This document shows, piece after piece, positions 19,307 to 28,645 of a stretch of 52,089 nt of DNA (its first letter is position 1; the number at the start of each line of letters is the position of its first letter). The DNA is taken from positions 1 through 52,089 of the forward strand of contig JAZDPV010000001.1 of the NCBI GenBank assembly GCA_043797265.1, given 5' to 3'. The DNA is from an archaeon (GTDB lineage Archaea > Nanobdellota > Nanobdellia > Pacearchaeales > GW2011-AR1). Under the pieces are notes generated by a model. The model was not told the origin of the DNA, did not search any database, and saw only the letters and a list, made by a program, of their open reading frames with translations. Both the position numbers and the translations under genes were made by a program.

Positions 19307-20998
19307 CTAATTAAAATCCACCCCAATCTCCATCCCCACAACCGGCATCTTAATTTTCCAATTTTTCAAAACTCTCGGCGCAATCTCGCCAATTCGGCCA
19401 ATCTCTTTCCCGCCGACGACAATCTTCCCGCACCGCCCAATAATATAATTCGAATCCCCTGCTCGCAGGTTCTCGTGCCCCGAAGGGGTATCAACCGCTT
19501 CAATCAAATATTCAATCCCCAACATCTTAAACAAATAATCCAAAACCTGTTTCATCTCGGTAAAATTCACACTCTCATCAACCAAAGCAATGGCCAACTT
19601 TTCTTTTTCCAAAACCATTGTCTCGTTTTCCCCTTTGCTAAAAACCCGACCAATCTCAAAAATTTTATGCGGGTAAGCCGCATCCGAATTCTCCGACGCT
19701 ATCTGCAACAGTCCCGTCAACAAATCAATCCTCAAAACATCCCGCCCAGTTTTCGAATTCTCAACCTCGACAAAATCATTAAAATCATAATGCATCTTTC
19801 TGACATCTTTCTTCGTCGTCAAATGAAAACTCGAGCACTCCAAAAATCCAAGCCCGGCTAAAATATTTCCAATAACTCTTTTCATCCTATCAGCAGGATT
19901 CTCCTCGGCAATCGTAGAAATCTTCGGAATCTCCGACTCAAACTTGTCATACCCATAAGCAATCGCAACTTCCTCCGCCAAATCAATCCAATGCAAAATA
20001 TCCATTCGATAAGCCGGCACATCCGCCACCATTTCCCTGACACCCGGCGCCTGGCTCTTGACACCTTGCGAAGCAATTCCCATTCTCGCAAGATAACCAA
20101 CAATTTCCTTTTCGCTCAACTTAATCCCAAGCGTCTTCTCAACATCCTCAATCCTGAAATCCATTTTCTCCGGCGACATATCGGGCGAAACAAAATTCCC
20201 ATCCCTATAATCCTTGACATCCATCGCGTAAACTTTCCCGCCCATCTCCGAAATCGCCGCGACAATAATATTCAAACACTTTTTCAAATAAACCAAATTA
20301 TGTCCCGAACATTCAATAAAAATATCCCTCGTCTTCTCGTCAATCCGCCCCGTCTTCTCAGAATTAATAATCGGCGGCATCGACAAAATCTCATCATTAG
20401 CATCGACAAAAACCGGAAATACACCACAGCCCTTCAATAAATCTCCATACTCTCGCCCAGCCGGATGCCCACGCAAAATCTGTCGCCCCGTCATCTCAGC
20501 CCGCGCCTCCAACGGCATAAATTTAATATCCTCCGGCTTTCGCCCGACAAACCGAATCGGCAACTTAATTTTATCAAGCGGATAAATCCCAATCGCCAAC
20601 TTCCGACGCTTCCGCCCAATCGAGCCGTGCAACTTTTCCTGAATATCAACAATCTCCTTAATTTTCTCGTCGTCAAATCTCATCCCTTTCACAATCGCGC
20701 AAACACTATGTGGCCTAACTTCCTTAACCGACTTGTCAATCGTCACGACAAAATCTTTCTCCGGCTTGTTCACATTAAAACTCGCAACTCTCCCCTTCAC
20801 GACAAATTGATTAATCGCTCTCATAAAATTCCCAGCCGACAACAAATCCGGCCGATTCGGAAAAACCTCAACCGACAATTCATCGTCGCTGACTTCCTCA
20901 ATCGGCGTCCCAAACATCGAAATTTTTTCCTCTAGCTCTTTTGTCAACTTCCCAATCTTTCTCTCAAATTTTTTCCTATTAATAGTTAGTATCGTCAT
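19307..20998 (-). CDS. pheT: Phenylalanyl-tRNA synthetase beta subunit (archaeal type)
   Basis: PNRPDLLS, QEKLH, SMPPIINS, PAYRMDILHWIDLAEEVAIAYGY, IFEIGRVF; ATG at 20998. Confidence 0.95.
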   Translation of the reverse strand: MTILTINRKKFERKIGKLTKELEEKISMFGTPIEEVSDDELSVEVFPNRPDLLSAGNFMRAINQFVVKGRVASFNVNKPEKDFVVTIDKSVKEVRPHSVCAIVKGMRFDDEKIKEIVDIQEKLHGSIGRKRRKLAIGIYPLDKIKLPIRFVGRKPEDIKFMPLEARAEMTGRQILRGHPAGREYGDLLKGCGVFPVFVDANDEILSMPPIINSEKTGRIDEKTRDIFIECSGHNLVYLKKCLNIIVAAISEMGGKVYAMDVKDYRDGNFVSPDMSPEKMDFRIEDVEKTLGIKLSEKEIVGYLARMGIASQGVKSQAPGVREMVADVPAYRMDILHWIDLAEEVAIAYGYDKFESEIPKISTIAEENPADRMKRVIGNILAGLGFLECSSFHLTTKKDVRKMHYDFNDFVEVENSKTGRDVLRIDLLTGLLQIASENSDAAYPHKIFEIGRVFSKGENETMVLEKEKLAIALVDESVNFTEMKQVLDYLFKMLGIEYLIEAVDTPSGHENLRAGDSNYIIGRCGKIVVGGKEIGRIGEIAPRVLKNWKIKMPVVGMEIGVDFN

Positions 20999-20999
20999 T

Positions 21000-21116
21000 T
21001 TATTTTGATTTATCAAAGTCCTCTTTGGTTATATAATAAATTTTTTTGCCATCACCAAAATATTTTGAAAGCTTATTAACAAAAGCCCCATCAATAAAAA
21101 CCAACGTATCTTTCAT
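21000..21116 (-). pseudogene. Internally deleted NYN-domain gene remnant (38 aa)
   Basis: MKDTLVFIDGAFVNKLSKYFGDGKKIYYITKEDFDKSK: NYN-like VFIDG start joined to an end resembling the intact NYN gene at 32199; preceded by GGAGG. Confidence 0.7.
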
Positions 21117-21217
21117 AACAAACCTCCACAAAAACAAAATTCATCCAGCGACCCCGTAGGATCACTGGGGAACATATTAATGTAACGTAGACCAAATGCT
21201 TTATAAGTTTTTCCGTC

Positions 21218-21265
21218 CCCAACCTTCTTCTCAAATTCCCTTCTATTAATCGTCAGTATCGTCAT
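21218..21265 (-). repeat. Orphan duplicate of pheT start (MTILTINRREFEKKVG)
   Basis: Matches real start MTILTINRKKFERKIG at 20998. Confidence 0.9.
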
Positions 21266-21833
21266 CTTTCAAAAACTCCATTATATCTTTTATTTCTTCA
21301 GTCTCATTAAAATGTCCTTCGCCACTTTTTACAATAATTTTAGAATTAAGTTTTTTCTTAAAAATCTTAGTTTCAGACAACGGAACATAAGGGTCATCGT
21401 CGGAAAAAATAGCCAAAACTTTCGTCATATGATTCCTCGCTTTTTCAAAATCCATCGGAACGCCAACCCATGATTTCACAATCTCAACACTTTCCTCGCC
21501 TTCTTCCTCAATAGACTTCTCATTTAACTTTGTCCACGGCGCAACAAAAACAATTCCGCCAACCTTAATATTACCTCCGACATCAGACAAATATCTGATT
21601 ATAGTTTGACAACCTATGCTATGCCCGACAAAACAAGTATTTTCATCCAAATCACCGATAACTTCTTTCAATTTAGAAACCCACTCGCCCATCTTCGGAT
21701 TATCACTATCAGGCATAGCCGGAGCAATAAATTTTATACCACTAATTTCGCACTCCTTTTTTAACGGTCCAAACCACGACTCACCATCCGGACTTCCTCC
21801 CCACCCATGAACTAAAATTAGTTTTTCCATCAT
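21246..21833 (-). CDS. RBBP9/YdeN-family alpha/beta serine hydrolase
   Basis: LVHGWGG, GHSIG nucleophile elbow, SDDDPYVP, GHF. Confidence 0.92.
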   Translation of the reverse strand: MMEKLILVHGWGGSPDGESWFGPLKKECEISGIKFIAPAMPDSDNPKMGEWVSKLKEVIGDLDENTCFVGHSIGCQTIIRYLSDVGGNIKVGGIVFVAPWTKLNEKSIEEEGEESVEIVKSWVGVPMDFEKARNHMTKVLAIFSDDDPYVPLSETKIFKKKLNSKIIVKSGEGHFNETEEIKDIMEFLKDDDTDD

Positions 21834-22012
21834 CCCTTCAACACCTCAATCAGCTCATCAAATTTATTATTAATCGTCTCTTCCAAACTTTCAAGCTGTT
21901 CCTTAATTTCCTCCAAAGAATTTGGGTTCGCCTCACCTTCCATAACCCAACCCCTCCCTTCTAATCAAAAACAAAATCCTTTTAATCCTGTTTATCCTGC
22001 TTATGTTCTCCA

Positions 22013-23548
22013 TCACTTCCTCCAAAACTTCATCTCCCTCAATTTATTTATATCATTCTTGTAAACTTCTCTCAAATCACTAATCCCAAAAAATTCCGTG
22101 ATAATTCTATCAAACCCTTGTCCCCACGCCAGAACCGGAATGTGCCGCCCAAACATCGGAATCGTAACCTCCGGCCTAAACATCCCAGCTCCGCCAAGCT
22201 CAACCCATTTCTTTTTATCCGGATGAAAAACATCAACCTCCAACGACGGCTCGGTATACGCAAAATACGCCGGCCTAATCCGAATTTTCTTATACCCCAT
22301 CTTCCGATAAAACTCTTTCAAATATCCAAGCAACTGCCGAAAATTCGCATTCTCGTCGACGACAATTCCCTCGGTCTGATTAAACTCAAACCCATGCGAC
22401 CAATCAACCGTCTCGTTCCTAAAACATTTCCCAAGCGCAAAATATTTAGCCGGAAATTCCTTGTTCTTTCCAATCTCTAAAAGTTTCCTCGCCGACAACG
22501 AAGTCGTATGCGTCCTCATCAAAACCCTCTTCGCCTCTTCCTCGCTCCATTTATACTGCCAACCTTTCGACCCATCAATCCCACCCTCGTGCGCCTTCTT
22601 GACTTTTTCCCAAACACTTCCCACTTCCCACTTCCCACTTCCCACCGCACTTTTTACATCTTTGATGTAAAAAGTGTCCTGCATCTCCCGAACCGGATGG
22701 TCCTGCGCCGTGAACAAACTATCAAAAACCCAAAACCCGCTCTCAACCAAATTCCCGCTCATCTCCTTGAACCCCATCTCCAGCCAAATCGACTTCGCGT
22801 AATCAATCGCCTGATTCACAAAATGTCTCTTCCCCCCATAAACCCTTGGCACCGCCGACGTCAAATCATACCGCCTAAACTTCTTCCCCTTCCACCCGCT
22901 CCCCCTCAAAATCTTCGGCGTCAACGCTTCAATCAAATCATCGCCCAAATTCATCTTCGAAATCTTTTCCCCCAGCCTCGTCAACTTAACCCTCACGCTT
23001 TTCCGTTCCTCGACCTCGACAATATCTTTCCGTCCACGCAAATTCGCAAACGCCAACTTGTCCAAATCAGCGATGGTATCCAAATCCATCGGCAACTTTT
23101 CCATAAAAATTTCTTCAATCATTTTGTTCGTCACCTCCTCCGGCTTCGCATTCAAATTCACTCGCCCGTCCTTAATCTCAACCAGCGCCTTCTTCTTCAA
23201 AGTCCCCAGCGCAATCTTCGCCTCATTCTCATTCAGCCCACAAACATTCCTAATCTCGCCAATCAAAATCGCCTTCTTCTCCGCCAACTTCCCCAGCAAA
23301 ATCCTCTCCGGCAATTCCTTCTTCAAATAATTAATCCCAAGGATTCCCAAAATCACGACGCTCTTCTCCAAACTTTCAATCTCAACCAAATCCTTGTTCT
23401 TCAAAAAACCAACCGCCCTCAAAATCGAAGTCCTGTCCAAACCAACCTTCTCAGCGACGACATCAACATCTAAAAACTTCCCGCCAAGCGCCGGCAAAAT
23501 CTCACGCTCCATCGGCGACAAACTTTCGACAATCAACTTCTCTTCCAT
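22013..23548 (-). CDS. pheS: Phenylalanyl-tRNA synthetase alpha subunit (archaeal type)
   Basis: QDHPVREMQDTFY, RTHTT, FRNETVDWSH, FAYTEPS, ELGGAGMFRPE. Confidence 0.97.
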   Translation of the reverse strand: MEEKLIVESLSPMEREILPALGGKFLDVDVVAEKVGLDRTSILRAVGFLKNKDLVEIESLEKSVVILGILGINYLKKELPERILLGKLAEKKAILIGEIRNVCGLNENEAKIALGTLKKKALVEIKDGRVNLNAKPEEVTNKMIEEIFMEKLPMDLDTIADLDKLAFANLRGRKDIVEVEERKSVRVKLTRLGEKISKMNLGDDLIEALTPKILRGSGWKGKKFRRYDLTSAVPRVYGGKRHFVNQAIDYAKSIWLEMGFKEMSGNLVESGFWVFDSLFTAQDHPVREMQDTFYIKDVKSAVGSGKWEVGSVWEKVKKAHEGGIDGSKGWQYKWSEEEAKRVLMRTHTTSLSARKLLEIGKNKEFPAKYFALGKCFRNETVDWSHGFEFNQTEGIVVDENANFRQLLGYLKEFYRKMGYKKIRIRPAYFAYTEPSLEVDVFHPDKKKWVELGGAGMFRPEVTIPMFGRHIPVLAWGQGFDRIITEFFGISDLREVYKNDINKLREMKFWRK

Positions 23549-23610
23549 AAAATCAACTAATAAAAGAACTATTTAAAATTAACCAACTAAGTCTTTACAA
23601 GCGAAACATC

Positions 23611-25356
23611 CTAATATAACAACTTATGTATCTCAATCAAATGTTCCAAATGTTTCTTCTTCTGCTTCTTAAAATCAAACTTCTTCCCGTGAATTATCTG
23701 AGCCAACTCCTGCCCCGCCAAAATCTTCGGCGTCACGACGTAATCTGCCCCCGCCTCATACAACTTCAGCGTCTCGCTAATCCGCGAACCTGTCACGACA
23801 ATCTTGACACTCGGGCCAACTTCCCTGACCTTCTTCACCAAATACAAGCTCTCATCAAAACCCGGAATCGTCGAAACCACCAGCTTCAACTTCCCAATAT
23901 TAATCTTCCCCAGCAACTCCGGACTCGTCACATCCCCATAAATGCACGAAATCTTTTTTTTCATCAAAGCATTAATCACCTCAGGATTATAATCAACAAC
24001 CAACAACTTACTCCTCTTCTCCAGCAACTCCTCCATCAACACCCCGCCCATCCTATGCGACCCAATCAACAAAATCTCTTTGTCGCCCTCGCCCTCATAT
24101 TCAAGATCCTCTTTCATCGGCAGAAACTTCAAAACAGCGACGGGATATTTGAAAATTTTATAAAACCAATTTTTATAGTTAATAAAATAAGGAGTAACCG
24201 ACATCGTGACAATCGTCGCCAGAACCACAGTCGATAACAAACTCGCATCCAAAACTCCCATCATCACGCCGACAAATCCAATAATCAAAGAAAACTCAGA
24301 AAGTTGAGCCAATGAAATCGCAGTCAAAAAACTAGTCCGCGACCTGTATCCAACAACTCTCAAAAGTAGCAGCGTCACAACCGGCTTCACAATACAGGCG
24401 CCGACCAAAAGCAAGACAAGTAATCCCATCCTCGCACCAATCCCGACAAAAATAATCTGCATTCCCAAAGCTACAAAGAAAAGAATCGCAAAGAAATCTC
24501 TCAACGGAGAAATCCTTGATTCCAACTCTATCTTAAACGGCGAATTCGCCAACGAAATCCCGGCAATAAAAGCCCCAATCACAATCGACAACTCCGAAAC
24601 ATAAGCCAGAATAATAAACAAAAACAAAACAGCCAGCGACGACAAAAACAAAAGCTCGACCGAAGCCGCTGCAAACCTGAACAATTTATTCAAAATAAAC
24701 TTTTGAAAAACAACAGCGAACGCCAAAATTCCAACAAGCTTCACGAACGCAATCTCGATAGGAGCCACGGCAAAACTCCCGCTCGTAAAAATCACAATTG
24801 CCACAATCGCAATAAAATCCTGCAGCAACAAAATTCCCAAAATCAAACGCCCATGCAAAGTCACCAACTCGCCCCGGTCAGACAACAACTTAATATCAAC
24901 CATCGTCGAACTAAACGCCAGAATAATCCCGATATAAGCCGCCTGCAACGAAGTCAAATTCAAAAAACCAGCAAACAATAAAACAACCCCAAAAATAATC
25001 ACGACCTGCAGCAACCCGACAATCACAATCTTCTTCAGCCCAGCCTCCTTGATTTTCTTAAACGAAATCTCAAGCCCCGCCGTAAACAACAAGAACGCAA
25101 TCCCAATTTCAGAAAACGCATAAATCAAATCCATGTTCTTGACAAACCCAAAAACCAGCGGTCCAATAACCAAACCAGCGACGACATAAGCCGGAATCAA
25201 CGGCTGCCTCAACATTCTCGCAACAAAAGCCAAAATCGCCGCGACAATCAAAATCAAAGCAATATCAAAAATTATCGCCTCACTCGCCGGCAATTCTCCA
25301 ACGCGACTTCCAATCTCATTTATCACCCCAAAAGCAAAACCTGTAATACCCATCAA
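23611..25356 (-). CDS. CPA2 cation:proton antiporter with TrkA-N domain (KefB/KefC-like)
   Basis: EIGIAFLLFTAGLE, SST, GILLLQD, LSEFS; C-terminal IGSHRMG...YGD. Confidence 0.93.
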   Translation of the reverse strand: MMGITGFAFGVINEIGSRVGELPASEAIIFDIALILIVAAILAFVARMLRQPLIPAYVVAGLVIGPLVFGFVKNMDLIYAFSEIGIAFLLFTAGLEISFKKIKEAGLKKIVIVGLLQVVIIFGVVLLFAGFLNLTSLQAAYIGIILAFSSTMVDIKLLSDRGELVTLHGRLILGILLLQDFIAIVAIVIFTSGSFAVAPIEIAFVKLVGILAFAVVFQKFILNKLFRFAAASVELLFLSSLAVLFLFIILAYVSELSIVIGAFIAGISLANSPFKIELESRISPLRDFFAILFFVALGMQIIFVGIGARMGLLVLLLVGACIVKPVVTLLLLRVVGYRSRTSFLTAISLAQLSEFSLIIGFVGVMMGVLDASLLSTVVLATIVTMSVTPYFINYKNWFYKIFKYPVAVLKFLPMKEDLEYEGEGDKEILLIGSHRMGGVLMEELLEKRSKLLVVDYNPEVINALMKKKISCIYGDVTSPELLGKINIGKLKLVVSTIPGFDESLYLVKKVREVGPSVKIVVTGSRISETLKLYEAGADYVVTPKILAGQELAQIIHGKKFDFKKQKKKHLEHLIEIHKLLY

Positions 25357-25387
25357 TTATAATGCCAATCATCTTTTATAAAAGTTC

Positions 25388-25948
25388 TCAAAACTCAACA
25401 CTCTCAGCAATCTGTTTCGACGACATTCCCAAACTTGTCCCAAACGCTTTCCTGCCTTTCTCGTCGATAACTTCACTCTCGCTCAAACCAAGCGACGCAA
25501 TCCCAATCCTACATCCCGCCTTCCGGCAAACTTTCACATTCTGAATAATTCTCCCCAACCTCAACGCCTTTTCTTTTCCATTCAACTTTCCAACTTCCGA
25601 CATATCAACAACAACTAAAATATTTTTCTCTTTCGCAATCTTCGCGACGACGTGATTGATTCCCGAATCTCTTTGTTTCAATGTATCGCTTTTCGTTCCC
25701 CGCTCAGGCGAAATCAAATAATCAATCCGCAAAGTCTCGACAATCCGTCGATTAAACGCATCATCCCCGCCGACAATCCCAATCTTTTTATCAGAACCTT
25801 TCAGTGAATCAACAATCCTCCGAGCTTCCTTTTCCGTCGCCCCAATTAAATATCCATCGCAAGAATCATCACCAAAAATCCCCTCCTTCGATTTAACCTT
25901 CTTTAGATAAATAGAACCTTTCAAATTAAATAAATTAATATCTCCCAT
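25388..25948 (-). CDS. rnp3: RNase P protein subunit p30 (Rpp30)
   Basis: FNRRIVE, LISPE, DTLKQRDSGINHVVAKIAKEKNI. Confidence 0.85.
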   Translation of the reverse strand: MGDINLFNLKGSIYLKKVKSKEGIFGDDSCDGYLIGATEKEARRIVDSLKGSDKKIGIVGGDDAFNRRIVETLRIDYLISPERGTKSDTLKQRDSGINHVVAKIAKEKNILVVVDMSEVGKLNGKEKALRLGRIIQNVKVCRKAGCRIGIASLGLSESEVIDEKGRKAFGTSLGMSSKQIAESVEF

Positions 25949-25949
25949 A

Positions 25950-26783
25950 TCATAAATTGTCCAAAGGACTTTTTATATTCTCCAGTTTTTGATTAGAAAC
26001 ATGAGTATAAATTTCTGTCGTAGAAACATCACTATGTCCAAGCAACTTCTGAATATATCGAATATCAACTCCCTGCTCCAAAAGATGCGTCGCAAAACTA
26101 TGTCGAAGCATATGTGGGTGAATCCTAATTCCAATTTTCTTTCCAAGTCTCTCTAAAACTTTTTGAACAGACTTCTTACTATATTTCCTGCCATCTCTCC
26201 CTTCAAAAACATAATCCGTTCGAAATTTCATAGAGCTATAATATTTCAATAAATCATCCTTCAAATTATCAGACAAAATACTAATTCTATCTTTCTTCCC
26301 CTTACCCAGCCTAACCAAAATCAGTCCCCTGTCAAAATCAATATCACTTCTTTTTAAATTCAACAACTCCGAAAGCCGAAGTCCAGAAGAATAAAACAAC
26401 TTCACAATCAATCGATGTTTTATGTTATCACAAGCCTCAATCATTTCTTTTATTTTTTCAGCACTAATAACTTTCGGCAAAGTTTGTTCTTTTTTCTTTA
26501 TAGGAATTTGCTCAAAATCAAACGGTTTATTCAATATTTCACGAAAAAAGAAAGCCACCGCGGCATATTTTAACCTCATAGAATTAACCGACAAATTATC
26601 GCAAGACAAAAGATAAGATTTAACACTTTCATTAGATAGATTAAGACTACATTTATGACAATAATCTATGAATCCCATAATATGAAAATTATATGACCTA
26701 ATCGTTTGAACACTAAACCCATGTAATTTACACCTATTGATTATTCTATTTTGATATTCAGACCGAACATTCTGATAATACAT
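25950..26783 (-). CDS. Tyrosine recombinase (XerD/IntI-like) with SAM-like N-terminal domain
   Basis: GLRLSE, GKGKKDR, HMLRHSFATHLLE, LLGH, EIYTH: full catalytic set; start could be TTG 26792 or ATG 26783. Confidence 0.95.
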   Translation of the reverse strand: MYYQNVRSEYQNRIINRCKLHGFSVQTIRSYNFHIMGFIDYCHKCSLNLSNESVKSYLLSCDNLSVNSMRLKYAAVAFFFREILNKPFDFEQIPIKKKEQTLPKVISAEKIKEMIEACDNIKHRLIVKLFYSSGLRLSELLNLKRSDIDFDRGLILVRLGKGKKDRISILSDNLKDDLLKYYSSMKFRTDYVFEGRDGRKYSKKSVQKVLERLGKKIGIRIHPHMLRHSFATHLLEQGVDIRYIQKLLGHSDVSTTEIYTHVSNQKLENIKSPLDNL

Positions 26784-26835
26784 CAGCGACAAAATAATAA
26801 CATTTATTTAAATTCTCGTTGAAATTATAAAATTA

Positions 26836-26878
26836 TAACATCTACTAGATAGATTTGTATATCTAATAGATGTTAGCC
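26836..26878. other. attI-like recombination site: 40-bp palindrome ending in GTTAGCC
   Basis: TAACATCTA-C-TAGATA-N8-TATCTA-A-TAGATGTTA directly upstream of the recombinase; GTTRRRY-like core. Confidence 0.6.
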
Positions 26879-27086
26879 AAAATTTTCTTACTGCCTCCTA
26901 GCGTCGGTAAACCTCAAATTCTGATTTTGATATCTTCGTTTAACGCTCCAATGCGAAATTAAAATTGTCGCATAACATCGCTGATTAAACGAAATTGCTG
27001 AAAATAAAAACTAAAATTGTCTACCTAACCCCCACGGAAAGAGCGCGCGAGTTTTCTACGAAAACAGATAGTCGGCTTCGCCGAAA

Positions 27087-27353
27087 TTATTTTAATTCTT
27101 TTGCAACTTTTTCGCCATCTTTTGTTCTTCTGTAAATCCTTCCTGTTCTTTCTTCAGGGTTTACAACTTCAACTAATTTCTTTTCTTTCAATTCAGACAA
27201 TGCACGAGAAACAAGATTGAAATAAGTATTGCTGTTGCTTTTGTAAATTTTTATAACCAATTCAGAGGGCATCAGAGGTTTATCTAAATTCATAAAAACC
27301 TCTTTCCTATTCTTCCCTCTTTTTACAAAACCTATTGCTTTTAGCAATTCCAT
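27087..27353 (-). CDS. Winged-helix (ArsR/MarR-like) regulator
   Basis: PLMPSEL...VSRALSELKEKKLVE...GRIYRRT. Confidence 0.85.
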   Translation of the reverse strand: MELLKAIGFVKRGKNRKEVFMNLDKPLMPSELVIKIYKSNSNTYFNLVSRALSELKEKKLVEVVNPEERTGRIYRRTKDGEKVAKELK

Positions 27354-27460
27354 AGCAATCTATAAGCAATTTGGCTTAAGAAACAAATTCAACAATCTAT
27401 TAGCAAATTGTAAACGAAAAAAGAAAAGTTTTTAAAGGAGTTATTACACATTAATTCATT

Positions 27461-27970
27461 ATGGCGAAAGAAAATCATACCTACCAAATTATTTCGGTAA
27501 TTCTTTTAGTTGCGGTAATCACTTTTGCAGGATTATATTTTACAAAATCTGCTCCTTCACAAGAAATAAACGAACAAACTTGTTCAGATTTTATTAACGA
27601 ATGCCCAGAAATTCCGGCAGAAAAGGCTTTAATATTTGGAGCTTTAAATTCTTGGGGAGAAAATCTTTATGACTCTAGTAAAAATCTCTTTACTGTGGAA
27701 ATTTATAATTTTGGAAATGTTGAAGCAAGAAATGTAGAAGTAATATGCGATGTTACTGTTGGAGATGAAGATGGATATGAGGTGTCAGATATTCCCGTAT
27801 CAACAGTTACAAAAAGGATTGGAAATGTAGCATCAACATCTTACAAATATGTAGACCTTGAAAACAATATAAACAAACAGAAAGAAGGGAATTATCCTCT
27901 TGCAAGCTGTCGTATAAGTTATTGTGAAAACTGTGAAATTTTATCTGACAGAATTCCCGATTTAGAATAA
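27461..27970 (+). CDS. Membrane-anchored exported protein, Ig/CARDB-like
   Basis: N-terminal TM; VEIYNFGNVEARNVEV; several Cys. Confidence 0.75.
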   Translation: MAKENHTYQIISVILLVAVITFAGLYFTKSAPSQEINEQTCSDFINECPEIPAEKALIFGALNSWGENLYDSSKNLFTVEIYNFGNVEARNVEVICDVTVGDEDGYEVSDIPVSTVTKRIGNVASTSYKYVDLENNINKQKEGNYPLASCRISYCENCEILSDRIPDLE

Positions 27971-27971
27971 A

Positions 27972-28331
27972 ATGTTTTTCATATTTGGTTGGGGACATAG
28001 AAATATAAAAAATTTTGGTCAAACTCTTGTCCAAAAATGTCCTGTTTGTTCTCACACTTCTCATTATTCTCTTGTAAGAACAAGAGATTGGTTTACTTTA
28101 TTTTTTATTCCAATCTTTCCCTATGAAACAAAATATTATTTAGAATGTCCTGTTTGTAAAAATGCTTTTGAATTAGAGAATGAAAACAACATAGAAAAGT
28201 TAAAAGAAATCGCGGAACTTATAGAAAAATTTGACAATAAAGAAGTAACAAAGAAAGAATTAAACAAACAATATAATAGTTTAGTGAAAGAAATAAAACC
28301 AGAAACAAAAGAAGAAGATGAAGAAGATTAA
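27972..28331 (+). CDS. Zinc-ribbon protein (zinc_ribbon_15-like)
   Basis: MFFIFG...CPVC...WFTLFFIPIFP...CPVC. Confidence 0.88.
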   Translation: MFFIFGWGHRNIKNFGQTLVQKCPVCSHTSHYSLVRTRDWFTLFFIPIFPYETKYYLECPVCKNAFELENENNIEKLKEIAELIEKFDNKEVTKKELNKQYNSLVKEIKPETKEEDEED

Positions 28332-28501
28332 TTTTCTTTTTTAGAAAAAAAGAAACAAAAAAGCGCGCTCTAAAACCAACGACAATTTTAAAGACAATTT
28401 TCAGCAACTACGATATCAAAGAATTTTCGGCAGTAAAAAAACTCTCTCCGCTACGCTCCGAGCCACGCCTTGCAGGCTCTCCTCACTTCGTTCGTCGGGT
28501 C

Positions 28502-28611
28502 GGCTAACAGCGATTAAAGAGAAAATCCTTGCAGGATTTTCCCAAATTAATTTCTCATCCAGCTCGTAAACTCGCGGGAGAAATTAACTTTCTTTAATCG
28601 CGATGTTAAAC
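28502..28611. other. attC-like site (110 bp)
   Basis: TAACA-GCGATTAAAGA pairs with TCTTTAATCGC-GA-TGTTA (2-nt bulge); two internal hairpins GAAAATCCT/AGGATTTTC and TTAATTTCTC/GAGAAATTAA. Confidence 0.7.
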
Positions 28612-28645
28612 CCAAAAAATCCGCCCTCATCCGCGAAATCCGTGG

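Larger units (their letters stand above)
26872..28611 (+). mobile_element. Integron-like gene cassette with inverted arms and attC-like hairpin
   Basis: Begins GTTAGCC (26872); complementary GGCTAAC (28502) opens a hairpin closed by GTTAAAC (28605); AT-rich cargo. Confidence 0.7.

Noticed and set aside
21830-22012. Short ORF MEGEANPNSLEEIKEQ... and a possible decayed pheT start right after the pheS stop
   Set aside because: Too short, and similarity to the pheT start is too weak to support
22508-23473. 321-aa + strand ORF and similar long antisense ORFs (5449-6066, 19283-19861, 23626-24237)
   Set aside because: Shadows of pheS, leuS, pheT and the antiporter, favoured by the skewed composition; no recognisable motifs
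26836-26875. Palindrome as an archaeal dif site with the recombinase as XerA
   Set aside because: Arm spacing does not fit the 11-6-11 dif layout, strand skew does not switch here, and the matching GGCTAAC/attC-like hairpin favours a cassette site; not fully excluded
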